This document shows, in pieces, positions 46,791 to 56,886 of a stretch of DNA of 64,000 bases (position 1 is its first letter; each line of letters opens with the position of its first letter). Source of the stretch: Candidatus Palauibacter sp. (GTDB taxonomy: Bacteria; Gemmatimonadota; Gemmatimonadetes; Palauibacterales; Palauibacteraceae); assembly GCF_965208055.1 (NCBI RefSeq), contig NZ_CBDBNY010000004.1:2814029-2878028 (forward strand), in the 5' to 3' direction. The notes beneath the pieces were generated by a model. That model was given only the letters and a program-made list of their open reading frames with translations, was not told the origin of the DNA and did not search any database. The translations under genes and the position numbers were made by a program.

Positions 46791-47027
46791 ATGGTGAAGA
46801 TCGACGTCGATCGCGGACTCTGCGTCGGCAACGCGATGTGCGTCGCCACCGCGCCGGGCGTGTTTGCGCACAACGAGAACCGCCAGTCGACGGTCGTCGA
46901 TTCGAAGGGCGACCCGGAGTCGCTCGTCCTCGAAGCGGCGGCCAACTGCCCCGTGAGCGCAATCCGGGTGGTGGACGGCGGGACGGGCCGGTCGTTGTTT
47001 CCGCCCGGGCCGATGGTCCGAGGCTGA
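46791..47027 (+). CDS. Ferredoxin, P450-associated type
   Basis: CVGNAMC...APGVF...CPVSAI. Confidence 0.9.
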   Translation: MVKIDVDRGLCVGNAMCVATAPGVFAHNENRQSTVVDSKGDPESLVLEAAANCPVSAIRVVDGGTGRSLFPPGPMVRG

Positions 47028-47042
47028 CCACAGGATGACCCA

Positions 47043-47909
47043 GTGACGCGAACCATGAGCGTGCCGGGGGGAGGCTCCGGCGGACGCAGGGTGACGACGT
47101 TCGACCTCGTCGGGATGAAGGCGCGCGGCGAGAAGATCGTCGCGATCACCGCCTACGACGCGCTCTTCGCGTCGCTCGTGGACGCGGCGGGCGTGGACCT
47201 GATCCTCGTGGGCGACTCGCTGGCGAGCGTCCTGTGCGGGGAGGAGACGACGCTCTCCGCCACGGTGGAGCAGATGACGTACCACGGCCGGATCGTGGCG
47301 CGGGGAGCGTCGCGCGCGCTCGTCGTCGTCGACATGCCCTTTCTCAGCTACCAGGTCTCGCCCGCGGAGGCCGTGCGGAACGCGGGGAACATCCTCAAGC
47401 ACACCGGCGCCGGCGCCGTGAAGCTCGAGGGCGGGTTCCAGATCGTCGATGCGGTGAAGGCGATCGTCCGCGCGGGAATTCCCGTGATGGGCCACCTTGG
47501 GTTCACGCCGCAGTCGGTGCATGCGCTCGGGGGACACCGAATCCAGGGGAAGGACGACGAGGCGGCGGCACGTCTGGTTGAGGAGGCCGTCGCCCTGGAG
47601 GCAGCGGGTGTCTTCTCCATCGTCCTCGAGTTGATGCCGGCATCCGCGGCCCGTCGAGTGACGGAGGCCGTCTCCGTGCCAACGGTGGGGATCGGTGCCG
47701 GTCCGGACTGCGACGGACAGGTGCTGGTCCTGCATGACATGCTGGGCCTGAACGAAGGGTTCAGCGCCCGCTTCCTGAAGCGATACGCCGAACTCGGGAA
47801 CGCCGCGCGGGAGGCTGTCGCCCGTTACGCCGAGGAGGTGCGGGCGGGAAGCTACCCTGCGGAGGAACACGGCTACGACGCGGCCGGGTCCGAACGGGAC
47901 GGAGACTGA
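47043..47909 (+). CDS. panB: 3-methyl-2-oxobutanoate hydroxymethyltransferase
   Basis: TAYD, LVGDS, DMPF, VKLEGG, GIGAGPDCDGQVLV. Confidence 0.95.
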   Translation: MTRTMSVPGGGSGGRRVTTFDLVGMKARGEKIVAITAYDALFASLVDAAGVDLILVGDSLASVLCGEETTLSATVEQMTYHGRIVARGASRALVVVDMPFLSYQVSPAEAVRNAGNILKHTGAGAVKLEGGFQIVDAVKAIVRAGIPVMGHLGFTPQSVHALGGHRIQGKDDEAAARLVEEAVALEAAGVFSIVLELMPASAARRVTEAVSVPTVGIGAGPDCDGQVLVLHDMLGLNEGFSARFLKRYAELGNAAREAVARYAEEVRAGSYPAEEHGYDAAGSERDGD

Positions 47910-47913
47910 CGAC

Positions 47914-48726
47914 GTGTCCGCGCACGCAGGCCGACGGGTCGTCATCACCGGCGCCGGGGCGGGAATCGGCCAGGCGATCGCATTGGCCTACGTCGACGAG
48001 GGGGCACGGGTGCACGTCTGCGACCGGGACGCCGACGCGCTCGAAGACCTGGTGCGTTCGGCGGAGGGCGACCTCGCCGGAACGGTGGCGGACGTCAGCG
48101 CCGAGGCGGACGTGGAACGGCTGTTCACCGAGGCGCTCGCGGGGCTGGGCGGCCTCGATGTCCTCGTGAACAACGCGGGGACGGCCGGCCCCACCGGGCC
48201 CGTCGAAACGCTCGATCTCGATGGCTGGCGGCGGACGCTGGCGGTCAACCTCGACGGCATGTTCCTCTGCGCCCGGGCCGCCGTCCCGGCCCTGCGGCGG
48301 GTGGGAGGCGGGTCGATCGTGAACCTCTCCTCGACCGCCGGACTGCACGGCTATCCGTTGCGCAGCCCTTACGCAGCGGCGAAGTGGGGCGTGATCGGCT
48401 TCACCCGCACCCTGGCCATGGAACTGGGTCCGGCCGGGATCCGCGTGAACGCGATCTGCCCGGGCAGCGTCCGCGGCGACCGCATCGACCGCGTGATCGC
48501 GGCCCAGGCGGCGACGCGGGGAGTGTCCGAGGAGGCGGTCCGGCAAAACTGGCTGCGGCAGATTTCGCTCCGGCGCTTCGTCGACGCGGAGGACGTGGCC
48601 GCGCTCGTGGTCTTCCTCACGTCCGACGCGGGTGCGAAGATATCCGGGCAGGCGCTCCCCGTGGACGGACACACCGAGGGCCTGAGTTCCGGCGCGGACA
48701 CGAGCAGCGACCCCAGCGGCGCATAG
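47914..48726 (+). CDS. SDR family oxidoreductase
   Basis: TGAGAGIG, NNAG, YAAAK. Confidence 0.92.
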   Translation: MSAHAGRRVVITGAGAGIGQAIALAYVDEGARVHVCDRDADALEDLVRSAEGDLAGTVADVSAEADVERLFTEALAGLGGLDVLVNNAGTAGPTGPVETLDLDGWRRTLAVNLDGMFLCARAAVPALRRVGGGSIVNLSSTAGLHGYPLRSPYAAAKWGVIGFTRTLAMELGPAGIRVNAICPGSVRGDRIDRVIAAQAATRGVSEEAVRQNWLRQISLRRFVDAEDVAALVVFLTSDAGAKISGQALPVDGHTEGLSSGADTSSDPSGA

Positions 48727-48741
48727 CGGGAGAACGAAGAC

Positions 48742-49725
48742 ATGCGAGCAGCATGGTACACGAAACTGGGATCGGCGGACGACGTGCTGGAGGTGGGTGA
48801 GCGGGAGACGCCGGTGCCCGGCCCGGGCGAGGTTCGGGTCCGCGTCCGCGCCTCCGGAATCAACCCGGTCGACGTGAAGCGGCGCGCCGGCGGCCGCGGC
48901 GCGCTCGCCTCCACCCTCGTGGTGCCGCACTTCGACTGCGCCGGGGTCATCGACCAGGTGGGCGACGGCGTCGATGCCGGCAGGCTCGGCAACCGCGTGT
49001 GGGTCTACGAGGCGCAGTGGGGGCGGGACCTCGGTACGGCGGCGGAGTTCACCGCCGTCCCCGAGTCCCGGGCCGTCCCGCTTCCCCCGAATGCGACGTT
49101 CACGGAGGGTGCGTGTCTCGGCATCCCCGCCCTGACCGCGCATCGCTGCGTGTACGCCGACGGTCCCGTCGAGGGGCAGACCGTACTCGTGACCGGCGGC
49201 GCGGGCGCGGTCGGCGCCTACGCGATCCAGTGCGCCAGGCTGGGAGGCGCCCGTGTCCTCGCCACCGTGAGCAGGGACGAAAAGGTGAGGATCGCCCGAG
49301 CGGCGGGCGCGGACGTCGTCATCAACTATCGTGAGGAGGATGTCGCGGCTCGCGTCTCGGAACTGACCGAGGGAGAAGGGCTCGACCGCATCGTCGAAGT
49401 CGAGATGGGCGAGAATCTCGACGCCTCGATCGAGATGTTGAAGGCAAACGGGGTGATCTCCGCCTACGCCTCGGAGGGCGAACCCCAGCCGGCTGTCCCG
49501 TTTTACACGCTCCTCTACAAGAACCTCACGGTGCGCTTCGAACTCGTCTTCCTCATGCCCGAGGAGGCGAAGCAGAAGGCGGTGGAGGACCTCACCAAGT
49601 GGCTCGCCGAAGGGGAACTGCGCCACACGGTCGCGGAGCGCTTCGCGCTCGAGAACATCGTGGCCGCTCACGAGGCCGTGGAATCCGGTCCCGTCGGGAA
49701 GGTCCTGCTCGACCTCGGTCTCTGA
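48742..49725 (+). CDS. NADPH:quinone reductase (MDR/zeta-crystallin family)
   Basis: GINPVDVK, TGGAGAVG, GKVLL. Confidence 0.9.
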   Translation: MRAAWYTKLGSADDVLEVGERETPVPGPGEVRVRVRASGINPVDVKRRAGGRGALASTLVVPHFDCAGVIDQVGDGVDAGRLGNRVWVYEAQWGRDLGTAAEFTAVPESRAVPLPPNATFTEGACLGIPALTAHRCVYADGPVEGQTVLVTGGAGAVGAYAIQCARLGGARVLATVSRDEKVRIARAAGADVVINYREEDVAARVSELTEGEGLDRIVEVEMGENLDASIEMLKANGVISAYASEGEPQPAVPFYTLLYKNLTVRFELVFLMPEEAKQKAVEDLTKWLAEGELRHTVAERFALENIVAAHEAVESGPVGKVLLDLGL

Positions 49726-49728
49726 ACC

Positions 49729-50961
49729 GTGAGAACGGTCGCACTCTCAACCTCGTGGCGCGTCGCGGCCGTCCTGTCGGGCTCGGCGTTCGTCTCGTGC
49801 GGAGGCGTCCCGGGCGGAGGCGACCCCGAGGCGCCGCTCGACCTGGGGACCTCGGCCATCGAGATGGAGGGCACGTCGGACTCCCTCGCGGTCGTCCGGG
49901 ACCTCGAGGTGCTGGCCGACGGCTCCGTCTGGGTTCTGAATTCGCAGGAGCCGTACTTCATGGGATTCGGTGCGGATGGCGGGTCCCTCGGCGCTCACGG
50001 ATCACCCGGAGGAGGACCCGACGAGTTCCCGATGCCCTCGGCCTTCGTCGCGGGAGGTTGGGAGGGCGAGGCATGGGTCCTGGACCTCCTGCACCACGCG
50101 CTGATCCGGATCTCGGGGCCCGCAGCGGAGTGGGAGCAGTTCTCCCTCGCGTCGACGTCGGTCCCCCGGGGCAGCGTGCGAAGCGGGATGAGCATGCTGG
50201 ATGCCTCGGTGCGAACGGCGAGACTCGGCCGCGAGATCATCGTGCCTCGCTCGACCGTGACCATGCAGGGGGGTGTGCTGCAGTTCCGTTTCGGGCTCCT
50301 GGGAGCCGACCTGATGGCCGTGGATCCGGAGACCGGCGAAACGCGGATGTTCGTGGCGCTCGGCGAAGCCCTGGAAGATCCGTCCGCGGGCTTCATCGCG
50401 AGCGACGGCGGTTTTCCCCTGTGGTACCGGCTGTGGGCTTCCTGCGGCGAGAATCTCGTGCGCGTCCACGACAGGGTCAGGAATCAGCTGCGCGGGTTCG
50501 ATGGATCCGGCGCCGAGGTGGATCCCATCGACCTTCCGCCGGTGCCCTTCACGGAGGTCGATCCGCGACAGTTTGCCGGAGCCGTGTTCGCGCTGAGGCA
50601 GGCCGAAGTGACGGGAGATGTCGCGACCCGGCTCAGTGAGGCGGACAGCCTGCGGCTCCTGAATCAAATGGCGTCGATGGTGCAGGGGGCTCCGCACGAA
50701 CTCGCGAGCTACCTGCCCCGGTACGTCGACTTCCGCTGCGGTGAAGACGGGACGATGTGGCTGCAGCCCCTCGATCTGGGTGCGGGCGGATTGGCCGGCG
50801 GTTCCCTGTGGCTGCGTATCGCCCCCGACGGCGCCACGCGCGACGTGCGACTGCCGGAGCGGTTCGACGCGCTTCGCTTCACGACTTCCCGGATTTGGGG
50901 CGTGTACCGGGATGAGTTCGATCGCCCCTCCGTCGCATCGATCCCCCTTCCGGCGCGCTGA
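49729..50961 (+). CDS. Hypothetical lipoprotein, probable six-bladed beta-propeller
   Basis: FVSC lipobox, GSPGGGPDEF blade motif, GVYRDEFD. Confidence 0.7.
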   Translation: MRTVALSTSWRVAAVLSGSAFVSCGGVPGGGDPEAPLDLGTSAIEMEGTSDSLAVVRDLEVLADGSVWVLNSQEPYFMGFGADGGSLGAHGSPGGGPDEFPMPSAFVAGGWEGEAWVLDLLHHALIRISGPAAEWEQFSLASTSVPRGSVRSGMSMLDASVRTARLGREIIVPRSTVTMQGGVLQFRFGLLGADLMAVDPETGETRMFVALGEALEDPSAGFIASDGGFPLWYRLWASCGENLVRVHDRVRNQLRGFDGSGAEVDPIDLPPVPFTEVDPRQFAGAVFALRQAEVTGDVATRLSEADSLRLLNQMASMVQGAPHELASYLPRYVDFRCGEDGTMWLQPLDLGAGGLAGGSLWLRIAPDGATRDVRLPERFDALRFTTSRIWGVYRDEFDRPSVASIPLPAR

Positions 50962-50974
50962 CGACACCTGCCAC

Positions 50975-50992
50975 GCGTTCCCGCGGGAACGC
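50975..50992. repeat. Intergenic perfect palindrome GCGTTCCCGCGGGAACGC (copy 2)
   Basis: Same core as 8702-8717, again just after a stop codon. Confidence 0.6.
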
Positions 50993-51025
50993 CGATGGAG
51001 ACTCCTTGCACGACACCGCAAACCT

Positions 51026-51080
51026 GTACATTGTACTGCGGGGTACATTGTACCTCATAGTATCAGTACTTCACGGTATC
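51026..51080. promoter_or_regulatory. Putative PadR operator array
   Basis: GTACATTGTAC at 51026 and 51043; GTACYTCAYRGTATC at 51050 and 51066. Confidence 0.55.
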
Positions 51081-51104
51081 GGGTCCTGAGCACGGAGTGT
51101 CCGG

Positions 51105-51446
51105 ATGAAGAAGCCCGTCTACAAGGAGCTGGTGGCCGCGTCGTCTCGCCCGATGGTGCTCTCCATCCTCGCCGGAGGAGAGACGTACGGGTACGAGATC
51201 CTCAAGCACGTGAAGCTGCTCTCGGGCGGCGACCTGGAGTGGTCCGACGGGATGCTCTACCCCGTCCTCCACCGGCTGGAACGGGACGGCCTCATCGCCG
51301 GCCGCTGGGAACTCACCGAAGAGGGACGGCGTCGCAAGTACTACCGGCTGACCGCCCGCGGAAAGCGCCAGCTGGCGACGGACCGCGAGAGTTGGCAGGC
51401 CGTGTACGGGGCCCTTCGGATGTCCTGGGGAGGCACCCATGCTTGA
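51105..51446 (+). CDS. PadR family transcriptional regulator
   Basis: YGYEI, LYPVLHRLERDG, RRKYYRLT. Confidence 0.93.
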   Translation: MKKPVYKELVAASSRPMVLSILAGGETYGYEILKHVKLLSGGDLEWSDGMLYPVLHRLERDGLIAGRWELTEEGRRRKYYRLTARGKRQLATDRESWQAVYGALRMSWGGTHA

Positions 51447-52143
51447 ATTCGAGGGGGACATCAGAAGTTGGCGCACGCAGGTGGAACGAAGGTCCTCCCT
51501 CTCGCCTCGCGAGCTGGATGAACTCGAAGATCACCTGCGCGCAAGGGTCGATCTGGAGCTTGATCTCAACCCGGCGCTGACGCCCGCCACGGCGTTGAGA
51601 TCCGCTCTTGAAGGACTCGGCGAGCCCTCCGCCATCTCGAAGGAGTTCGCCAAGGCAGGGCAACGTCGATCGCGGCGCCTGCTGCTGGCGGGCTGGGCCC
51701 TTTACGCCGCGTCGTTTCTCTTCCCGGCCTATGCGTATGCCGGCCCCCACTTCGATCGGACTACCTACGGCTACGAAATCGTCCCTGAACTGGTTCGGGT
51801 TACCGGCAGCGGGCCCGCTCTCGCGATCGCCGGTCTGTGGCTGCCCAATCTGATCTTGCTGACGACCCTTTCGGCGTGGCGGCACCGGCGTCCGTCTCGC
51901 AGAGGGTGGACAGCATGGATCGTCGGGGCGACGGGTGCTCTGCCTCTTGGTCTCGGTCTACTCCGTTTCGGCGACCCCGGCGCCCCGTTTCATGCCGGGA
52001 TTGGCTTCTGGATGTGGTGCGCATCGTTCATCGTTGTGGCGACCGCCCTGTGGCTCCGCAGCCGCGAATGGGCCTCCGTCCAGCCGCACACGGCCGGCCT
52101 GCCTTCGAAGCTTGGTCTGTACTCCGGAGAAAACCATGTTTGA
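51439..52143 (+). CDS. Membrane protein with PadR-associated N-terminal helical domain (paralog 1)
   Basis: ELDELEDHL...LGEPSAISKEF followed by about four TM segments. Confidence 0.75.
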   Translation: MLEFEGDIRSWRTQVERRSSLSPRELDELEDHLRARVDLELDLNPALTPATALRSALEGLGEPSAISKEFAKAGQRRSRRLLLAGWALYAASFLFPAYAYAGPHFDRTTYGYEIVPELVRVTGSGPALAIAGLWLPNLILLTTLSAWRHRRPSRRGWTAWIVGATGALPLGLGLLRFGDPGAPFHAGIGFWMWCASFIVVATALWLRSREWASVQPHTAGLPSKLGLYSGENHV

Positions 52144-52885
52144 ACTGGAGACCGAAGTCACAGGGTGGCGCCGGAAAGTGGAGCGCAGCTCTTCGCTTTC
52201 TCCGCGCGAAGTCGACGAATTGGAGGACCACCTCCGCGCGCGCTTCGAGCTGGAACTCGAGATGACGCCCGAGCAGTCCCCGGCCCGAGCCTTCAACACC
52301 GTCTGCGCTGAACTGGGTGAAGCAGCCGCGCTTTCGAAGGAGTTCGCGAAAGCTGGACGGCAAAGGTGGCGGCCCGTGCTGCTGGCCGGGTGGGCGATGT
52401 TCACGGCCTCGTTCTTTCTCCCACTCTCTCGAACAGTCTGGGTTGAAGCCGGATCGCTCCACCCTGACCTCGTGGCCTTCGTCGGATCGCAACGCCCATA
52501 TGAGTTCCTGCGGGAGCTGATGACGGCGCTGGTCACGATGGGAGACGTGGTGTCGATGGTGTGGATCGGCGCCGCGGTGCTCCTCCCCAATCTGCCGATC
52601 CTCATGACCCTCCCGGCGCTGCTGGGCTCCCGGCGACCCGACCGGCGGTGGCTCCGGTGGATCCTCGGCGGCATGGGCGTAGCGAACCTGGGGCTGGGGA
52701 TGTCTCGTGTCTTCAGTCCGGCGCCCTTCCCGTACGAGGAGGCTGCCGTTGCGCACCAATACCCCGGCGCTGGCTACTGGCTGTGGTCCGCTTCGTTCGC
52801 TCTTGCGGCAGCCGCCCTCTGGCTCCGGGGCCGGAACTGGGCCGCGAGCGGATCGGCGGAATCGGTGGCCGAGAGGGCGGTCTAG
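52136..52885 (+). CDS. Membrane protein with PadR-associated N-terminal helical domain (paralog 2)
   Basis: EVDELEDHL...LGEAAALSKEF followed by about four TM segments. Confidence 0.75.
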   Translation: MFELETEVTGWRRKVERSSSLSPREVDELEDHLRARFELELEMTPEQSPARAFNTVCAELGEAAALSKEFAKAGRQRWRPVLLAGWAMFTASFFLPLSRTVWVEAGSLHPDLVAFVGSQRPYEFLRELMTALVTMGDVVSMVWIGAAVLLPNLPILMTLPALLGSRRPDRRWLRWILGGMGVANLGLGMSRVFSPAPFPYEEAAVAHQYPGAGYWLWSASFALAAAALWLRGRNWAASGSAESVAERAV

Positions 52886-52990
52886 CAAAACCTTCGGCTG
52901 GCCGGGCGCTCTGCGTCGATGGTACATTTTACAGTTGGTGTATCCTTGCGCCCCGCGGGGCGCGGCGCGTTGCTGGAAGAGGCCTCGGAC

Positions 52991-55495
52991 ATGCGAACAT
53001 CGCTTCTCCTGCTGGTCGCAGCGGGTGTTCTCCCGAGCCCCGTCGTCGGTCAGGAGGCTGACGGCGCGAGGGGGCCCGAGCATCCTCCGGCTACCTGGCC
53101 GCAAGCGGTCACGCGACTGACCGGCCCAACACCAACGCCCGCGGTCGACACCCTCTCCGTCGAGGTCGCGCAGGGGGTCGTCGCCGGGACGTGCATGCGC
53201 TGCCACAACCCGCGCCGGGTCAGCGGGGGCATGTCGCTCGAGACCTTCGAGGTGGCTTCGGCCGCCGACAACGCCGTGGTCGCGGAGCGGATGGTGCGAA
53301 AACTGCGGGCCGGCATGATGCCGCCGGTCGGAGTGCGCCGCCCGACGCCCGACAGCCTGCGGACGCTCGCGGCCGTCCTCGAGTCCCGGCTCGACGCCGC
53401 GTGGGACGCCGACCCGAACCCGGGACGGCGGACCTTCCAGCGGCTGAACCGGGCCGAGTACTCGCGCTCGATTTACGATCTCCTCGACCTGGACATCGAT
53501 GCCGGCGACTACCTGCCGTTGGACACGAAGAGCGCGAACTTCGACAACATCGCCGACGTCCAGTTGCTCTCCCCGACGCTCATGGACGGATACCTGCGCG
53601 CGGCGAGCGAGATCAGCCGGCTCGCGGTCGGCGACCCCGAGGTCACGCCGAGCGAGGCGACGTTCCGGGTGTCGCGCTGGACCTCCCAGGCGGAGCACGT
53701 CGAAGGCACGCCGTACGGGAGCCGGGGCGGCGTGGCGGTGGACCACAACTTCCCGGCCGACGGGGAGTACGTCTTCCGCGTCTCCTTCCATCACGAGACG
53801 ACCGGCGCCCTGTTCGGGAACGGCAAGGGCGCCCTGCACACGACCGACGAACCCGAACGGATCGAGGTCTCGATCGATGGCGAGCGGGTCGCGCTCCTCG
53901 ACATCGACCGCTGGATGCATGTCTCGGACCCGGACGGCGTGAACCTTCGGACGGAGCCCGTCTTCATCGAGGCGGGTCCGCACCGGGTGGCGGCGGCCTT
54001 CATCCGCACCTTCGAGGGGCCGTCGCAGGACCTGATGTCGCCGCACGACTGGTCGATCGCGAGCACGAGCATCACGGACGCGTACGGGTTCACGACGCTG
54101 CCGCACCTGCGGGACCTCGCGGTGACGGGCCCCTTCGCTCCGGCGGGGATTTCCTCCACGCCGAGTCGCGAGCGCGTGTTCTCGTGCCGCCCCTCGGCGC
54201 CGGAGGAGGAGACGCCGTGCGCGGAGGCGATCCTCTCGCGGCTGGGGACGAGGGCCTACCGCCGGCCGCTGACGGACGAGAACCTCGCCGCGCTCATGAA
54301 TCTCTACCGCGCCGGGGCCGAAGCGGGCGGTTTCGAGGAGGGGATCCGGCTCGCGGTGGAAGGGATTCTCGCCAGTCCGCACTTCGTCTTTCGGTTCGAG
54401 GAGCGACCGGCGCGGGAAGCGGACGGAGTGTACGCGCTGGACGACTACGATCTCGCCTCGCGACTCTCCTTCTTCCTCTGGGCCACGGGTCCCGACGACG
54501 AACTGCTGGAAGTCGCCGCGGAGGGCCGGCTCTCCGACGCGGCGGTGCTCGACGCGCAGGTGCGCCGCATGCTGGCCGACCCGCGCGCCGAGGCGCTGGC
54601 CACGCGCTTCGCGGGACAGTGGTTCCGGCTGCAGGACCTCGAGGGCATGAACCCCGATGTCCGCCTCTATCCGGATTTCGACCAGCAGCTCAAGGAGGCG
54701 ATGCACCGCGAGACGGAACTCCTCTTCCACACGCTGGTGCAGGAGGACCGGAGCCTGCTCGAACTGCTGACGGCCGACTACACGTTCGTGAACGAGCGCC
54801 TCGCGCGGCACTACGGCATCCCGGGCGTGACGGGAACGGATTTCCGGAGGGTCGAGATCCTCGAACCCGAGCGCCGTGGCGTGCTGGGGCACGGCAGCAT
54901 CCTCACCCTCACCTCGCACGCGAGCCGGACGTCCCCCGTCCTCCGCGGGAAGTGGGTGATGGAGGTGCTGCTGGGGACGCCTCCGCCTCCGCCCCCGCCG
55001 GACGTCTCCGACCTGGAGGCGACGCCGGAGGCCGAGGAAGGACGCCTGCTCACGGTGCGGGAGCGACTGGAGATGCACCGGGCGAGCCCGGCCTGCCGTT
55101 CGTGCCACCGCGTGATCGATCCCATCGGTCTCGCGCTGGAGTACTTCGACGGCACCGGGGGGCGGCGCATCAAGGACAGCGGGATGCCGATCGACGCGCA
55201 GGGCGAACTCTACGACGGCACGCCGGTGACGAGCGCGGCGGATCTGCGCGCGGCGCTCCTCGCCCGGCCGGTGCCGCTCGTGCGCGCGTTCACCGAGAAC
55301 CTGCTCGCCTACGCGCTGGGCCGGCGGGTCGAGTACTACGACATGCCGACCGTACGGTCCATCGCCCGGCAGGCGGCCGCACGGGACCACCGAATGTCCG
55401 CGTTCATCCTCGGCGTGGTCAACAGCCCGGCGTTCCGATTGAAGGGGACCGAGGCCGTGGTCGACGACATGCAAGCGGGATCCCAGGAGGACTGA
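52991..55495 (+). CDS. DUF1592/DUF1588-type multidomain protein with two heme-c motifs (copy 2)
   Basis: Signal peptide, CMRCH, MMPP, RLNRAEY, RTSPVLRGKW, CRSCH. Confidence 0.9.
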   Translation: MRTSLLLLVAAGVLPSPVVGQEADGARGPEHPPATWPQAVTRLTGPTPTPAVDTLSVEVAQGVVAGTCMRCHNPRRVSGGMSLETFEVASAADNAVVAERMVRKLRAGMMPPVGVRRPTPDSLRTLAAVLESRLDAAWDADPNPGRRTFQRLNRAEYSRSIYDLLDLDIDAGDYLPLDTKSANFDNIADVQLLSPTLMDGYLRAASEISRLAVGDPEVTPSEATFRVSRWTSQAEHVEGTPYGSRGGVAVDHNFPADGEYVFRVSFHHETTGALFGNGKGALHTTDEPERIEVSIDGERVALLDIDRWMHVSDPDGVNLRTEPVFIEAGPHRVAAAFIRTFEGPSQDLMSPHDWSIASTSITDAYGFTTLPHLRDLAVTGPFAPAGISSTPSRERVFSCRPSAPEEETPCAEAILSRLGTRAYRRPLTDENLAALMNLYRAGAEAGGFEEGIRLAVEGILASPHFVFRFEERPAREADGVYALDDYDLASRLSFFLWATGPDDELLEVAAEGRLSDAAVLDAQVRRMLADPRAEALATRFAGQWFRLQDLEGMNPDVRLYPDFDQQLKEAMHRETELLFHTLVQEDRSLLELLTADYTFVNERLARHYGIPGVTGTDFRRVEILEPERRGVLGHGSILTLTSHASRTSPVLRGKWVMEVLLGTPPPPPPPDVSDLEATPEAEEGRLLTVRERLEMHRASPACRSCHRVIDPIGLALEYFDGTGGRRIKDSGMPIDAQGELYDGTPVTSAADLRAALLARPVPLVRAFTENLLAYALGRRVEYYDMPTVRSIARQAAARDHRMSAFILGVVNSPAFRLKGTEAVVDDMQAGSQED

Positions 55496-56886
55496 TGGAG
55501 TTCATCACAGGGAAACACCTCTCTCGCCGGACCTTCCTCCGGGGCGCGGGGGCGACCGTCGCTCTGCCGCTGCTCGATGCGATGGTGCCGGCGGGCCGGC
55601 TGTGGGCGCGGGAGGTCGCGGATCCGACGCGGCTGGTCTGCGTCGAGATGGTGCACGGCGCGGCGGGAAGCAGCGGGTTCGGGGCGGCACAGAACTACTG
55701 GTCGCCGGCGGCCACGGGCCGGGGATTCGACCTGTCGCCGACCGCGTTGAGTTCGCTCGAGCCGTACCGGGACTATCTCACGATCATCAGCGACACGGAC
55801 GTCGAGACGGCGGAGGCGACGAAGCCGAAGGAGATCGGGGGGGACCACTTCCGGTCGAGCGCCACCTTCCTCACGCAGTCGCATCCGAAGCAGACCGAGA
55901 GTTCGGACGTGTTGGTCGGGACGTCGCTGGACCAACTCTACGCGCACCGATTCGGGCAGGACACACCGATCCCGTCCATGCAGCTCTGCATCGAGAACGT
56001 CGACCAGGCGGGAGGCTGCGCGTACGGGTACGCGTGCGTCTACACGGATACGATCAGCTGGTCCTCGCCGACGCAGCCGCTCCCGATGATCCGGGATCCC
56101 CGGGTCGCGTTCGACCAGCTGTTCGGGGCCGGCGGGACGCCGGAAGCGCGCGCGGCGCGACAGCGCTCGAGCGCAAGCATCCTCGACTTCCTCACCGGTG
56201 AGGTCGCGAGCCTCAAGGGGCGGCTCGATCCCTCCGACCGGCAGCGCATGGACCGCTATTTGGAGAACGTCCGGGAGATCGAGCGTCGCATCCAGCGGGT
56301 CGTGGCGCGCAACGAGTCGGGCGAGCGCCGGGACCTGCCGGAGGCGCCGGCGGGGGTACCGGATTCGTTCGACGAGCATGTGAAGCTGATGTTCGACCTG
56401 CAGGCGCTCGCCTTCCAGGCGGACATGACGCGCGTGTTCTCGTTCAAGATGGGGCGGGACGCGTCGGGCCGGGTCTATCCGGAGAGCGGAATCGACAAGG
56501 GCTTCCACCCGGCGTCGCACCACGGCGACAACGAGAACAACATCACGGACTTCGCGCAGATCAACCGCTATCATGTCGGGCTCGTCCCGTACTTCCTCGA
56601 CCGGTTGAAGGAGTCGATGGAGGGGGACACGCACCTGCTCGACAAGACGATGATCGTCTACGGATCGCCGATGGGGGATCCGAACGTGCACAACCACAAA
56701 CGGTGCCCGCTCTTCGTGATGGGGGGCGCGCAGGGGAGGATCGAAGGCAACCTGCACCTGCGGGCCGCGCCGGGGACGCCGATGGCGAACGTGATGTTGA
56801 GCCTCATGCACCGGCTGGGGATGGAGGACATGACGAGCTTCGGGAACAGCACCGGAGCGTTCTCGTTCGCGGAGACGGCGGACTGA
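55495..56886 (+). CDS. DUF1552 (HXXSHH) Tat-exported protein (copy 2)
   Basis: SRRTFLRG, GGDH, CAYGYAC, HPASHH, HNHKRCP. Confidence 0.9.
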   Translation: MEFITGKHLSRRTFLRGAGATVALPLLDAMVPAGRLWAREVADPTRLVCVEMVHGAAGSSGFGAAQNYWSPAATGRGFDLSPTALSSLEPYRDYLTIISDTDVETAEATKPKEIGGDHFRSSATFLTQSHPKQTESSDVLVGTSLDQLYAHRFGQDTPIPSMQLCIENVDQAGGCAYGYACVYTDTISWSSPTQPLPMIRDPRVAFDQLFGAGGTPEARAARQRSSASILDFLTGEVASLKGRLDPSDRQRMDRYLENVREIERRIQRVVARNESGERRDLPEAPAGVPDSFDEHVKLMFDLQALAFQADMTRVFSFKMGRDASGRVYPESGIDKGFHPASHHGDNENNITDFAQINRYHVGLVPYFLDRLKESMEGDTHLLDKTMIVYGSPMGDPNVHNHKRCPLFVMGGAQGRIEGNLHLRAAPGTPMANVMLSLMHRLGMEDMTSFGNSTGAFSFAETAD

